Both the position numbers and the translations under genes were made by a program. Below are positions 1 to 15,124 of a DNA stretch of 64,000 bases, in pieces (position 1 is the first letter of the stretch; each line of letters opens with the position of its first letter). Below the pieces are notes generated by a model. It searched no databases. It was not told where the DNA came from and saw only the letters and a list, made by a program, of their open reading frames with translations. Source of the stretch: Eimeria praecox (lineage: Eukaryota). The stretch covers positions 434,001 to 498,000 of the forward strand of contig OY986949.1 in the NCBI GenBank assembly GCA_963920595.1, given 5' to 3'.

Positions 1-418
1 TGACGAGACAAGCTTAACTAAACCAGGCAAGTACCCGATAGCGCAAATCTACACCTCAATACCTCCTTTCTCGGATCATACGCACTTGCACACGCATATG
101 CGTATGCTACACCTACTCAGATAGCAGCACCCGCCCAACCTTCATCAAACACTGTCTCCAGGGCATACAGCCTCCCACTACCAAGAAAAAGTGGCACTCA
201 ACACTCAACAGTATTCGCCAACCTGGGTTGCCGCACACATACAGAAGGCACGATAAAGTAGCGACACCGGCACGCACGTCAGACTAAACGTATACCAGCC
301 AGCTGTTGTTAACTGGATTCCACGATACTCCGGAATGCGCTGAAATGAACAGCACACATGCAGGGCAGCGCAGACTTTCTACAGACCGTCCACTCTTTGT
401 ACGAATGTGCAGTTGTGG

Positions 419-3400
419 TTAGCGCTTCCACACTTCAGCGTCTGTCAATGTCTCATAATTCCAAATATAAGCGCACTTGCTGCACGGCAAAATGCATGGA
501 GCGATGCAGTACGTGTGGCATGCTATTCTTGCGTTGTAGGCCTTTGTGCTAATGGCTCCCGCAACCCATCGGGCCTCGTGTAGCTCCACAAGCAGAATAT
601 ACAACCGATGCGCCAGACCACCTTGTCTAGCAGGTTCTAGTGAGAGCACAACGACGTCCCGAAACACCAAATGCCAGTGCTCCATCTTGCTTGGCCAGCT
701 CTACACTAGGACACAAAAGCTCAACAATCAAAGCCTCCAGTGCAATGAGTAATTTCATATACGACTAGTGCGGGTGAATGACGCAGCCCTTCACACTTTG
801 GAGTCGTCAAGCGATCGGTGACGCATACGCGGCAATTATAGTATGACGCGAGCTCATGAACGTAGCCAGCAGTACGAGCTGCCGCAAAATGACGAGACCC
901 GCTTGTGGGCCATACTTCAAAGCACAACGTACGGCGTTCCTAGCAAATTACATGCAATATGCACTGGTGCTGCAGCGTCCTTGGGCGGATGTTGCTCACA
1001 ATCTTTGTAAGGCATCATTAAACGTTCAGTCAAACAAGACTGCATACATTTATGCCTAGAATAGTAAGCAGAATCATTCTGCAGCTGCACTCAGCAGACA
1101 GACGTTGACACCTAACCATAGCACACTCACGTCTTTTTAATTGAGCTCAGCAACATCCTCAGTGCATGCAAATGTGGGCAAAATGCAAACGCCGAGAATG
1201 AACCTGTCTTCTCAAAGCAACAAAAACTTACGGATTTAGAAAACGGCTTAGCGAAGGCGAAGCACATGCACGCGGAGCAGCAGGAAGCACGCCAATCTCG
1301 CCACACACGACAAACCCACTTTCGCTCTGGAACTGCAACAGACAACCAGCTGTAGCACTACTGTCAAAACGGCAAGATTCGCGGATATTTGCAAAGGTAG
1401 TGATACCGAATGTATGATTGTTCCGATATCATAACGTACGCGCTGCAACAGCACGCGGTTTGTCAAACAGCAGCTTGATATGAGTGTGATAAAAGCCAGC
1501 TTGCACACAATTCAACACCGGATAGTGCGGCAGAACACCTCCGCATCTGTCTCTGCTCGCTCCACACTGGTGACTTAGCATTTACAGCAATGCGCTTTTC
1601 CATAGCAGCACATACCTCCACATATCCAAGCACGTTCATATTTAGAACTCAAACGCAGCCTCCAGTTCACTACGGAGCACAAGGCCAGTCCAGTCTGTGT
1701 ATCTTCTTACGGCCTGTGCCATTCTCAACGCCACAAGCTATTCATGCTACTATGGAGCAAGCGCAAACTCGCCACTCCATGCCAGCACTACACAATCTCC
1801 AGGAATTCAATCGCACGCAGCAAACAACTTGTCCGGATCTTCATCCCCAGTGGAGGCACGAAAACCATCGATACCGGCGTAGACTGCACCGTCCTTGTTG
1901 TTGCCGTTGGTGAACAGCGTCTGCTTCGCAAGGCTACCCATCCGCAGGCCACCGCAACCACAAGACACTCAGCGACTCCTGCCCCAACTCGTCAGCGAGT
2001 GTTATTAGTCTTGCGCTAGTCAGGCACCTTAATGCTCAAAATATCCCCTTCTGAAGAGATTCATTCAACCTAGTGGAACAATGCTACGTTCGTGGCTACG
2101 TTGGTAGAGCTGAAAGGGCATTTTGTCTGCATCTGTATGCTGCGTAGTAGCACCAACCCTCTTTATGTGAAAGGCCACAAGTTTGCAACGTCAGTCCATG
2201 CGACCAATGCTAACGGCAACACCACACACCGTGAGCGCCTATTAGCTCATTGCACGCGCCCGAATGCGTTCGTGCGTCTAACCGTAGTCTCTACAGAGCA
2301 TTCCCACCCACCCTCTTGCAGAACGCCAACGATAAAAAGCATGTCTTGATACTTAGTTCAAGCTAATATTCGCGACGAGAGTCTGATCTAGGCAAGCAAC
2401 ATTTTCAATACCGCAGTCTCCCCTTGCTACGCCCTTTGCAGCAACAGCTCTGTCAACCTAAAACCTCTTCATCAGCTGGGCTGCTCCCACTTCGTAAAAA
2501 CGGTTAAGCAGGGCAAATCAGCCAGCACACTAATTTATTGGCCCAAGACAGAGTGCATGCTCCCCTACCTCCAAAATACTAAGAGCGCCTTGCATATTAA
2601 ATCCGTCGTTAGTAATACTACCGCCATACAATAGCAAGAATATGAATGCAAAATGGAAGGCACACTCACCCCTCAACCAAGAGGTTCGCTTTTATACGAT
2701 TCTACAGCAGCCTTTAGCACAGAAAAGTGAAATGACTGTAGTCGCAGATTTAAAGCTACTCGAGGGTTGTGCAAGCCACGCACTCGATGTAAATAGGCAC
2801 CAAATTTGTGAGCCCCTCGTCGGCATTGTACATGAGTTGGCGTACTCTCTACATGAGAAAGGGTCCCCTGTAGTAACGGAATTGAGATAACCCTGCGAAT
2901 GAATGCCTCGGAACAAGTCCTTCGCACGCGATACATCCCATCAAAACCGAGGTATTGCGTTAATTGCCTCATACACTCCGTATCCTACCTAAATACGCCA
3001 AATGCCACCCCACAGAGTCGGTTGCCCAACGTTCAAGGCAGTAATAGGCGAGGGAAAGCACGGTACGCTCGGCATAGGCAAGAAGCGCAACACTTAGGCA
3101 AAGAAGCGCAACACTTAGGCACCTCCGTGGAGCTGCTGCACTGGACGAATGAGGCAAGACACAATATCTGCCAACCCAAAAGACCAGCGCATTCCAGAGT
3201 TGCCCCTGCACAAGTGCTTGCGACCCCCAGTTGCGCGCACGTGCATTTTCAGTTTGCACCAGCTGCTGCATACCCTGCCACTTATGCGATACACGAAAAC
3301 GGTTCATAAAGCTACACAACCCAGATGGCTTCTGCCGCGACTCGCAGTTGCGTGAGATTCAACCTGGCGAGGTATGCTAGTTAAGCTGACTTCAGGAAAA

Positions 3401-6400
3401 GGCAGTCTGCTCCCTGAAAGTCCTCGCTTGCCTCCCTCTTCGCCCACAAATAGCGAGCGACGCCTGGCCACGCACAAAAGGCTGCCACAAATGGAATAAA
3501 ATGCTGTATCGCTAGTGTTATTGTGTCGCAGGAAAGCACTATATAAATCATCTACTTGTTCAGAGTATGTGGCTACTTGCTTCCTGTGTAGTGGTCGAGT
3601 GCTGGTTCTGTGCAAGGTAGGGTGAGACAACGAAGCGGACCAAAGTACTGCGCATACATCCCTATGTTATCTTCTGAGCACACAGAGTAAGCCGCGCATA
3701 GTTCGCAAAAATTGCAGCAGCAGACAGCCAGCGGGGCTGATCTGTTTGTCGCTGGTTTGCAGCTGCAAGGTGCAAAGTCGAAAACCGCCAAAAACGCCTA
3801 CAGAAGTCTTGCGTTTGGCGCATTGAATTGAAGGCCGCAAAGCAAGGTGCGCAAATTAGGGTGAAACCACCAAATGCACCCAGTCTATTTCACGTCGGAG
3901 CCTCTCGTAGCGTCCCCTCCAGCGTCTAATATGGCTCCCCTATAGCTTCAGTAAGCGTGAGCACCCCTATGCTTTGTCTCTGCCATGATGCGTAAAGCCT
4001 TCAATATTAGATGGGCCATAACGCCCTTTGTTGTGCAGCCATAATGGCGGTATAATGCTCGATACTGCCAGGTGCCGGATCGAGGAAGAAGCTACCGGAT
4101 GGCGAGCGGTTCAGTCTGCATCGCATCCATGCCTGTCTAGCATTTCTAACGAGCATTAGGCGATGCGTGGTCACGCACCAAATTTAAATGTGCACTAAGC
4201 TAACAGCGATACCCCATGGATCTAATATGCCGCACGACAGCGACAACGCAACAGCTACGATGGTTCATCCCATGAGCCAGCGTAACTGTCATGCAAGCAT
4301 CGATGTCATGGGCTACGCAGCGAGATACACGCAGCACAACTGTTTCTCCTGGCTATCGATGGTTTATTTGAAGCCCGTGCCTATCCAGCTGCCCGAGAGT
4401 ACTGAACAAAAATCCTTTCCACGCACGATTACAGCACCATACAGAGTAAGTAGCTGACAAACTGTCAAACTGCTTGTGCGCTGCACGAAACCTGCATCGC
4501 AATCTTTCAAACGTGGGTCCACGCTTGCATTGACTGGCCTCTTGAGCACTTTGCATGTCACGAGACAGGGAGCCTAGTATTATGCCAGCGAAGCGTTTAC
4601 ACGCCCCTTCCTGCCCCACCTTACGAATATGCGAGCCCAAGCCCAAGGCGAAACCTGCGTACGCATGCAAGCGCCACTATACAGCCAAAATGCACTTCAT
4701 TTCTAAGAACTCCACCAAGACCGCATAGCCGCATTTGCGTGCCAAATATCTGTACGCTCTACAGGCGTACTGCTGAGCAGAAGCTGGGAAGAGGCGGAAT
4801 GCGTTAACTCAGCATCTGCGCGGACTCACGTCCTGAATTTTAGCCAGACCCACTTACTATTCAGGTTATCAAGGAGCCAACGACCCACCGACAGCGGCAT
4901 CTTTATACGTGCATTGCCGCAGCAAGCAGAATTAGCGGATGCAAGCACTACTGATGATGCGCTCCTCAAAAAAGCAAGAAAACTGATGAATTCGGCTCTC
5001 CCGTCCACTCTACCGCTGCTATGCTGCGGCAAGGTCTCCACTATTGTAAGTTGCGTAATGGTTTTCCAGTGATGCACATGTCCTCAGCAGCGCTGTAGTC
5101 AGACCATTCCTGCCGTAAGGCCAAAATCACCCGTTCGCACGCGAGGAGCCCCAACTGGTGTCGCACACAAGCAGTGCCTCTTCACCTAAAAAGCAGTTGA
5201 CTGTCACTGTCCTTAACGACAGGCGCGAAACAACATTCGAGGTTAGCTTGCTCCTGCCGCTTTGCATTCCTTGTACTTGCAAATATAAGACAAAAAGTCA
5301 ATCTAATTTAGGAAATGCATGCTGTCATCTAGGTAGGCCCCATGTTGGCAGCCGCTTAGGGCATGCTAATCCAGGGCATGCTAATCCAGGTCAACATGCT
5401 GTCTGCATGAAGCCATTCCCTACTTCAGTCTTCACAGTTCTTCAATAGAATATTTGCTACTGCTACAGAGAGCGCTCCACAGATCCTGACACCAGCTGCT
5501 TACAATTCCCACATATTCCTACTGGATAGCACCACACGTCCATTGCTCAAACACTTCTGCATCGATAACCCGCTGCAGTGTTCCACTTCAGGGAAGGTAC
5601 ACTTGGTATGCTACTCACAGCATGCGTGAGGACTTTGGCCTCCACAACCACCATCCTGCTGCAAAATTGAACCAATAGCTTCCCTAGTACCCCGTGAGCG
5701 AGCATTGGACACCGTAAAAGGAGCACCGAATCAAGCATTTCGATATACAACAATTTATGTCCCATGCATAAATGAGCACTGGTAGGAGCCAAATAGGAGT
5801 ATCTACTACAAAGCTCGCCCATACGTGTCATACCCACCTTGCGAGGTACCCAGCAACAAAGCTTAAAACTGAGCATCCTTTCCATGTGCAAAATGGAAAA
5901 GAGGAGCAATCCCTGCTCGTCCTATGTACTCCTGTATTCATCACGCAATGCACTAGCCTCGTCTATGCGACGCGCAAACTCCCTCAAAACACTAGAATGC
6001 AGCTACAACTGTCACAAACCCACGGCCTGGGAAAAGAAACCCCATTTCTATCCATACAAACCAACCATCGTGTGCGTCCCATGCGGCAGCGTACACTTCC
6101 AAAGAAGGGCCGCTAAAACAGGCGAGCTCCCCTGAAACCTGTACTTCGCCATATGCGTTCAGAAATATGACGGTTCACTGAAGTCTGCATCCCAGAACCC
6201 TTAGCGCGATTCGCTGAGCTTTCCATCGATACGCGAGGCAGGAAACACATTGCTGAGCATTGTATACAGTATAAGGCCTCCTATCCTGCACAGTCGCGTT
6301 AAGCATTGGCAACTGGCCTGTGGGTCACTCGCCATCATGCATTCATCCATGTGCGAGTGCTCTCACAGCCCCTCTAACGCGTCTCGATGGTTGACGTTCT

Positions 6401-8276
6401 TTTTCTCCAGACATAGCGGCAACAGATATTTCGTCAGCCAATTACTAGGAAAGTTGGAAAGGGTAAGTTTGAATGCAGCAGTAACCCAAGAGACAAGCGT
6501 TTTGAGCAAACTGAGTATTCTTGTTGATGCAAACAGATAGCGTTGGCTATGTATACTAGGATTCAACCGCATTGCCCGCGTTTCGCACGCTTAAGCCAAC
6601 CTCAGTTCGCTCGCACCAGCCAATCCGCCGGTAGGCATTTGCACACGGAAGGACATTGGCTACATGAACGGGCATATCCTCTAGTGCGACTGTGCTACAT
6701 ATTATATCGATATCCCTATTATGGCTAGCGTCAGCCTCAACGTAACGTCTGCATAGGCGGTGATGAAGACAGCTAAGCAGATAGTGGCGGATCCAAATGA
6801 GCAAGGCTAGTCCTTTGCAACCCCGGGTACCATCTCCTCCACATAAGCATAGCACCTCTACTCGCGGATGTTAAAGCGATTGGGATGGCGCGTTTAAGTG
6901 CAAGCGTAGAGTGCGGAAATAAGGAGGCAATGTGAAAAGCTGCTTCAGTATACATGCCAGTACACCTACTAAGTGAAAAGGATTTTACGCCCTACGTACC
7001 ACAGCATGAAGCCACATCCACTCCGGCTTAGCATCTGCCCCTACTGACAACTAACAGTCATATTCATTGTGCATACAGGGTTTCCTCCCGCATACTCGCA
7101 CATATATTAGACTGCGTGGTCTGTGTTTCAAGACGGGTCGGTTACGCATCAAGGACAGATTGGCACATATTAATTTCCTATATACTACCTACTCTACATA
7201 TGTATATATATATATATATATAATCCTGCACAGGGTCTGCAGGGAACCTGTGCAACTCATTCTATGCACAGGCATGCATTTTGTGCAGGGGTCGTTACTA
7301 GGAATGTGCTACCAAAACCGCAGAAACCACCAAAACTTGGTGTGAAAAACCAATATCCCTCACGCTACAGTTTTTTAACTTGTGCACCGGCTTACATCCT
7401 TTGTAGAAGTTACTCACTCGGCCTACGCTGCATACGGCTAGCTAAAGGATCGTCAAGAAGATATCAGCCAGCAAAATAAAGCTGCTGCTTGCAAGTAGAT
7501 CTTGCCCCTCGAATGGCGCAGAGAACTTGATCCATTGGATGCGATCGTGTTTAGAAACATTCCGCAGCATCACCAGCTTCCTGCTATCCTTGTAATATTG
7601 CTTATTGATCCAAAAGAACTCATTATACAGCACCATCCTGTGATGAAGAAGACTGCAAGAAAATCGGCATTATACCCAAGCACGACCCTTCGGAAAGGGC
7701 AAAGCCAAACTGTATTCTTGCTCCATACATATCACAATTTGATGCCGTGTCATACATTTAGCTAACAGATGCAACACAGATCAACACAACGCCGGCATGC
7801 AAACACAACATGATACCTCTGTAGGACCGGCAATGCATAAGCATCTCCAGTATCCCTTCAACCACCTATAAGACCTCCGATATCTCGATAGCCTCAATGA
7901 ATGCCACCTCCACGTTTGGTCGAAGCGCCTGGGCCAGTGATGCACATGATGATTGGTTTGGTCCTATTTCCCATACAAATACATCGCGCGTAAGCCCACG
8001 TTTGGAACGTACGGAGCAAGACGATTCTGCTTCTTCGGAAAGCTTTCGTGTTGTAAGTCTATGATATCTTGGAGCTTCAGTCGACGTAAAGGCCTTGTAG
8101 CATAACATGAGCATGTGTACCAGAGCAACGGCTGCGGCAACCAGAGACATTGTCGCAAGGGACCATGAAGCGCGTTTCCTTGTGCCTCCCTGTAAAGCAA
8201 TACCCTCGCTGTTGATAACGGCTTCATTGTTTCCTCGAACAGATTCATGGTCAGGTGGTAAAATGTCCATGTCCTG
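419..8276 (-). pseudogene. Decayed multi-exon gene resembling Eimeria lineage-specific single-TM protein families
   Basis: Exon 1 (~8276-8010) reads MDILPP...RKRASWSLATMSLVAAAVALVHMLMLCYKAF...RKLSEEAESSCS: basic patch, TM helix, then an RKLSE motif, ending at a GTACGT donor. Several downstream minus-strand ORF pieces end at GTGAG donors (~7415, 6365, 4830, 2668, 1130). Spliced frames contain stops (e.g. TAG at ~7866). The downstream extent is uncertain. Confidence 0.4.
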
Positions 8277-9185
8277 CACAGCGTTGGCCGCTGAGGCAAC
8301 CAGAGAGCTGCAACCGACAATAAATAAGCAAAAACGACACATTCTCGCTGGAAAACTAGTTATTTATTGGATTTAATTATCATATGGTAATATGAATTGT
8401 CTTTTCAAATTTTAACTGCAAGGAGGCCCTCAATGCAGACAGATGCTCACTGCGGAACTGCAATGGTTGGTTCTCAGGGCTGCAGCTGCCCAGTACGTTT
8501 CAAGTCCACCGTATACGCCCCAAGATTATTTCAGAGAAGTTGATATTTATTAATGAATGTGGTTAAAGCAGTAATCAAGGGCATTTTGACCTACCAACAG
8601 AGCATTGAACGGTGATAGCCAAACGTTTACCAAACGGGTGCCATGGTCTACGCGGCGGACTACCTTATAATTGGTGCTTATACTTGTATATGTGTGCACT
8701 CTGGCCTCTGTCGCCTACATGAGCGTTTAACTTTCATCTGCAGTGCTAGTACAAGCATGGAAGGCCCGCTCAAAAACACTCTACAGCGTTAGAGCCTGTA
8801 GCAACTGAGGCTGGGCTATGCGTGGGAGTGGGACTGCGTGTGAGCGTTAGTTGCAGTAAGCTGCTTCAAATATCACAGAGGGCCAGAGCCTCTTAGTACC
8901 AGCAGCAGGTCGTTGGGATGCTGTGCCCAGGACGCCTGGAAGGTGTAAGGCGATGGCAAGTGCTTTCGATGATTCTTCTTTTACTCTGTCGAAGCTGGAT
9001 TAGGTCTTCAGTCAGTGTCAAGGACTCTGGCGACACTTATCAGCACCGCATGTCGTGCTTTGGTTTCTCTGCATGATGTTGGTACTCCCATCCCTGCTCG
9101 TTCCCATACTGATTACGCGGGGTTAAGCAATTGTCCAGTTTGCGCAGTTTGCGCTACAGTCTACAGTGCTAGCGCATGCGGCAGA

Positions 9186-9262
9186 GGTGCATTCATTATG
9201 CGGGCTTGTGGGAGTACCTTGTAGTACTTGCTGCAACTAGGAGCGTTGCAGCCCATGGAGGC
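9186..9262 (+). mobile_element. Retroelement fragment, inverted homologue of 14043-14119
   Basis: Manual alignment to the reverse complement of 14043-14119 gives roughly 70% identity, with a core of gctgca.c.agg.gc.ttgcagcccatgg. Confidence 0.5.
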
Positions 9263-10249
9263 AAGGGCTTCATGCCCGTGGTCCTCTGAAACCAGGAAGG
9301 CAACGAGAGTCATCGGCCTTAATCGTGTACTGTCACCAGCTGCTGTACAGTCATACGCCTAAAGAAAGAGTTCTCAAAGGCATATGCCCTCCCATCCAGC
9401 CTCCTAGCCTCCTGGACAGCAGCGCAAGGACTTGGAGCCCGTGGGGACAGTGCCGGGGTGCCTGGCAGCAGTGGCAACGGGAATGTGCATCGCATTGGCT
9501 TCTATGCACCTTCGCGGTGCTAGTGCTGCCGGGCACTCCCACCAATGCCCCTTTTCCTGCAGGCCAAGCACTGTAGACAGTAGTGTAGATTGTCTTTAAA
9601 CATTTACTTGACCTTCCGTACTCCACTTGCCGGCAACGAGCAGTGCCTATGCCAGCATCAAGCGGAGTATGCTGCATCTGGCGTCTCTCTCTCCAAAGCG
9701 GCACACGTCCTCGTGTGTGGTCATCTGTGAGAAGGAAAAAGGAAACAAAGGAAAATAACGAACACGAGGGAGTGAATGAGAGCTGTAGGAATGCTACTGC
9801 ACTAAGGTGCTGCCGCTGGTGACCCGCTGGTCGCCACTGCCGGATCGCCTAGTGGCGTGAATCCTAGTCAGTGACGGCACTTCTTGCCGTTTCGATGGCC
9901 TGCGAGCCACCTATGTTGCGATCATTCCAACAAATATAAGAGTGCATTGGATGCGGGTGCTAGAGCGCAGCATCCAAAAGAGCATGAGCGGAGCGCCCCA
10001 GCACCAAATGCAAGGAACACCAGCCCCAGAATATGAAAAAGCAGAAGTGTTCTCGCTAACGATGCCCTGTTAGCCAGAAGCAGGGTATGAGGTCTAAACA
10101 ACACAGGGGGGAAAACAAAACATATATATAACACATAGATATGTAGGTAGAGCCCCGTTTGTGCTCTAACCAACGGTAGCTGGAGTTTGGCAAGCAAACG
10201 TTGGAATAAAAAAGCAGATTTAAGCGCCGCTTCACCTACCCGCCTTTGT

Positions 10250-13200
10250 GGTCTCTGCTCCCGAATGAATAAGGGCGCCCAGAATTGATGCACGCAAGCA
10301 ATACTCAGAAGCCCACTTGGATAGTCGGATCCCCGGCTATTTAGCATAAAATTCATGTTTGTTCTGAGCCCTTCAAATGGGCGCACACGTTCCCAGGATT
10401 TCTGTCTGTTCCAGCATCTGCCCTTCTCTGCCTCCTTGTTGTGGTTTTTTGTTGAAAGCTCGGGAAAAGATGAGTAATTTCCTGAGTCGTTTGGAGAAGT
10501 CAGCATTGATAGCTTGCTGGCGCCTTCATGTTGAGGGTAACTCCCCTGTGCAAACCAATGCATAATCCGAGAAATAAAAGGGCCTTACCTAAAGAGAGAA
10601 GAACTTCTTTTGCTGACCGCTCCCCTGTGTGCTTCAAAGGGCGAGTGAATCCACTAGAGCAAAGCTACCTGGGTTGAAAGTTCCTGCTGAATGCCGTTTG
10701 TCATAGCTTCTTGCCTTGCGTTGTGCCTTCTTTATGCATCCCGGCGCTAGTGCAAGTTGTATACGGAAGGCAACGGCTTCTGGCATCCGAAGCGGGCGTT
10801 AGACAATGGAATTTTGGCGTATACCAGGGATGCCGGAGAGCAAGATTCGAACAGTGCACTATTGCATTTTAAACGAAATTTGCACGTAGAAGCAAGCCAA
10901 GCCTCTTTGGTTAATTCTCCTGGGTATAGAGTCTCAAATACTACAAGAGGGTGCGGTTGACGAGTTCTGTTTAAGCGTCTGTCTCCGGATGATTCACAGT
11001 GGCCATCCCATGGTCGATATTAAAACTTTTCATGAGTTCGTGCCAGACAGCGCTAACGAAATTCGGGTCCCTGTCAGCTGTGATACTTTTGGGAGAATGA
11101 CAGAGCTTGCAGACGTGATTAAGGAACAATTGGGCTACTCCTTTTACTGTAAGTGAGCTCGAACAGAGAGTGAAGCAGAAGCATTTGCTGAGTCTGACCA
11201 CAACAACGTAGAAGCTATTACAGCCTCTAACTGCTGATACGCCCACTTTGAAATCTATCTACGTGTCCATACATATCCGTTCGGTGACCAGGAGATTCTG
11301 AAAAAGTCCAAGCTTGTGAGTGTTCTGCGGATTCTGCTCACATTACAGGCAAGTGAGGACACTCTTCAGCTGACAAGAACATCCTAGGGAGCCGTAAAAT
11401 CTATCGACCCGCTCCACCGTTGTATTGAAACCATAGCCCGCCAAAGCATGATCGTCCACTTTTTGCCCGGCGATGGTGGAACGTATAGTCGGCGGAGCTT
11501 ATGCTTTGTGTAATGCCATAAGAGAACGCTATCGACGCGTTGCAATTAAACAACCTGAGCGGGGATTGCAGTCGCATGAGTACCTAAAGAGTTAAAAGAG
11601 CTCAACTTAGAGAGGAAACGGGAATCCCAGCAGATAAGCGCGGAAGAAGAGAGCAGTGCCTGATCTACAGGGCACCGAAACAACGCGTCAACCACCACGA
11701 TGGCGATGTACCCTTGATATATGTGACTGTCAAGCCGTCCTGCGTAGGCCGCCAAAGCTACCTAAGCACCCTTTCATTATCGTAGTCTTCGAGTCTCCTC
11801 GTCAAGAGTGTGAGGTATTGATAATTCGTTTGATCAGTAAAATGCCTGTCATGTAAGCAATGCCTGCACTACTTTACTCCCCACCAGACCTACCAGAGCT
11901 CCTTCTCAGCTTTCCGGATCCTTCTGCTCCCTTCTCGTGAGGCACTGTGAGTGCCAGGCAATTATTTGGTGCCTTTGGAATCGTTAGCGTGATGAAAAAG
12001 TATCATTTCAACTGCAGTTTCACTGGTTTCACCCGTTAGGAGAAAATGCTTGTCGAAATCAGGGAACGCGAGCACTGAAGGCTATGCCAGCTGTTCTTCT
12101 GGTGGCTCCGTCTTCTCTGTCCTTCCAAGTAAGCTTATTGTCCTGATTAAGTAAGTCCGTTAAAGATGCAACAATGCGAGCGCATCCAGGAACGAAGTTG
12201 GGGTAGGATGATACAGGGCCTTGAAACTTCAGAACGTCCGTGCGATTGCTTAGGGATAGCGACCACTTTCGAATCGCCTCTATCTTCGCCGGCCTCGTTC
12301 GGCTCCGGCTGCAGGGAAAGGAAACCCTAAGAATTTGATAGTATGTACTATGCTGCCACAGCCACTGCTTCTCGTGTAGCAGTTGCAGTGCACGCCTCAC
12401 GTGGTGCGCATGCTCCTGCGCACACAGGATGAATAGAAACTTATCATCCATGTATATAGCCATCTATATCTCATTGATTTGCCCTAGGGCGTTCTGATTG
12501 ACCTGCTAACGTAGTCCAAAAGGTGAATCCACGAGCGCAATGAGCATCCAGGTGTACTCTGGCTTGCGCGTGCGAGTATGGAATGCAATCTTATGCGTAG
12601 CGTCCGAATGCATTGGGACCTGCAAGCACGTGCCAGCGAAGCCAAATGATGAATACACTGGTGAACCCTGCAAGCAATCACGTAGTTCGTCGATCACGGG
12701 CATCGAAAACTTCTGATTCACCGTCGTTTTCTTGAGGGGTTTGAAAACGACGCGCATTCACCGCTTCCCGTCACTTTTCTTTGTCAACACCTGATTGTGT
12801 CAGAGGACACTTGCTGTCGGGCTGAAACGTGCTCGTTCTTAGCGGTTCTTCTGCTTGTCGCTCGCTCCCCCTTTCGAGATACGGGAGTTTGCCTTCTCCT
12901 GGAACGAAAATTGGGGCCAGTCCGAGGATCAGTTCGATGCGGCGCATTGAGCGTCTAACGGGTAACGGTTTCATTGGAAGCTTCGTGTTATTGAGTAATT
13001 CTGAGAACTCTTCCTTCAATCTTGCTAGCTTTCGATGCTCTCCAGGTGTCTATTGGAACCAATATCCCGAACCTTCAGTCCTCGTTGGACCACCATGCAT
13101 CTCGCCGGTGTTTCCTGCAGTGTTTCTGGGCTGCGCAGTAGCCTCGTCTCTCCAATCTCCTTGGCACACCGATTTTACTCCTCTTCCTATGAGTCAATAA

Positions 13201-14450
13201 TATTGTAGCTCCCGGTCCACTACTGCGCTTCTCATACTTCTCGATGCAGCGCTCTATTTACAGTTTCCCTTGCTTAAGCTTTCCCAGTTCGGCTAAAGCC
13301 TGCTCCCTTGCAGACATGGGAATAAACCTGCATCGCAAAGCGTCGCGGAATGTTTGCATGGTCTTGATGTTCTTCAGGAAGGCGGAACGTTTGCTTAGCT
13401 ATAGCAACAATTGTCATGCGTCCCCTTCTGATAAAGAAGATGAGCGTACTAGCTGTAGATCTTCCGGTGTGTTCAGAAGGCGAAAGTATAAGTCGAGATG
13501 ACCAAAGAACTTCTCTACTGCTTCATCATCAAGCCGGGCACACTATCTGGATGGTTCGCAGACGTGGATGCACTCTTCTTGAATTAGTCTTAGTATAATT
13601 GCACTTTATACGAAATGGGATGCAGAACCGTGCTTATTTCTGCTCAGCGAGGCTCCTGCCTTGGGATGCTACCCAACCGGAAGGCAGATCATGATCAATA
13701 TCCATTGTGCAAGAGGAGTAGGCTGACTTTTTTCGGTTGAAATCTCCCTCCAAAGGATTGTTTAAAGGTTGAGATTTTGAATTTTTCTCCTTTTAACCAG
13801 CCATCGCTACATACGCAGTCACCCTGCTACGGGGTGTTATTTGTTGCTTGCACCTGCCCAGATGAACCATGTTTTGCTTTCCAGTATAAGGAGAGCCCCT
13901 CAATCTTAGTTGAGCTGCAATAGAGTCAAAAACCTAAAGAAGGAGTTATCGAAAAGCAGCTGCTCTCCCATCCACTCCCCAGCCCTCCTGGCATCCTGCG
14001 CATCGCTGCCCAATGGCCTGGGTTGGTGGGGACCCTGGCAGGCCTGCCATGGGCTGCAATGCACCTTGCTGCAGCTAATGTTGCAAGGCAGCCCCGCATG
14101 CACTCACAGCCAATGCCCCGTTGCTCGATTCTCTAGCATTGAATTCCGTAACGTAGAATGATTTTGAACACTTACTTCATCGTTCGTAGATTCGTTGACA
14201 GCCTGCGAGCACGTAGGGATACGAGCACCATCATCACGCAGACCATCCTACACAATGTGGAAGGGGGCTGCTTTGATTTGTCTTTCCTTGCCTTCTGCGG
14301 TTGGCTGTCTACAGAACAGTCAGTCCGTAGTCACCGTGCAAGTCAACTGGCGCAGCACCTCCCCCTCATCTGCTTTGCATAGCACAGCCAAATATTGAGG
14401 GATGATTCAACGCGCCACAACTGGGATGGCTTCTGCTCAACAGCCCATCA
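10250..14450 (-). mobile_element. Degenerate Ty3/gypsy (probable chromovirus) LTR-retrotransposon gag-pol relic
   Basis: Fragments lie in gypsy order on the minus strand. RT: MPVIDEL...HKIAFHT (12506-12757) and IYMDD (~12460). RT/RNaseH connector: PAKIEAIRKW, FVPGCARIVASLTDLL (12059-12300). VVDALFR (~11690). Integrase: SITADRDPNFVSAVW...NHPETD (10971-11246). Possible chromodomain remnant at ~10290-10420. Many stops and frameshifts, and no LTR pair found. Confidence 0.9.
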
Positions 14451-14589
14451 GCCCCTGCAACCGGTCTCCAGCAGTTCCTGCTGCAGCTGTTGTTGCAGCT
14501 CCTGCTGCAGTAACTGCCTGATACAGTTCTTGTTGCTGTTCGTATTGCAGCTGTACACTGAGTTGATTTTTCAGTCCAAGGCTGTCTCC

Positions 14590-14875
<286 letters not shown>

Positions 14876-15124
14876 CCTGTCGTTCCGTGTAGCTCTTGTT
14901 CAGCTTCGGGGTATATGAAGAATTAATTAAGGAAGCGATGCGCACAGCTTTATGCCTTTGTCCTTTAAATGAAGCAAAGCATCTCCTCCTGTGTTTTGTC
15001 TGCTACAGTGTAGACAGCTAGCAACTATATCTTAAGAACCCCTAAAACTTAGCGCTGGAAACTATCTACAAACCTAAGCCCTAAACCCTAAACCCTAAAC
15101 CCTAAGCCCCAGGCTTCAGGCCAT

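Noticed and set aside
3076..3121. Two-copy ~21-bp tandem duplication (a similar 15-bp one lies at ~5359-5390)
   Set aside because: Ordinary local slippage with no further structure.
9700..10250. Candidate 3' LTR of the gypsy relic
   Set aside because: No matching copy seen near 14500-15050, and no clear TG...CA ends or target-site duplication.
9922..10563. 213-aa minus-strand ORF with a hydrophobic tail
   Set aside because: Overlaps the decayed 3' end of the retroelement in a frame with no recognisable motif.
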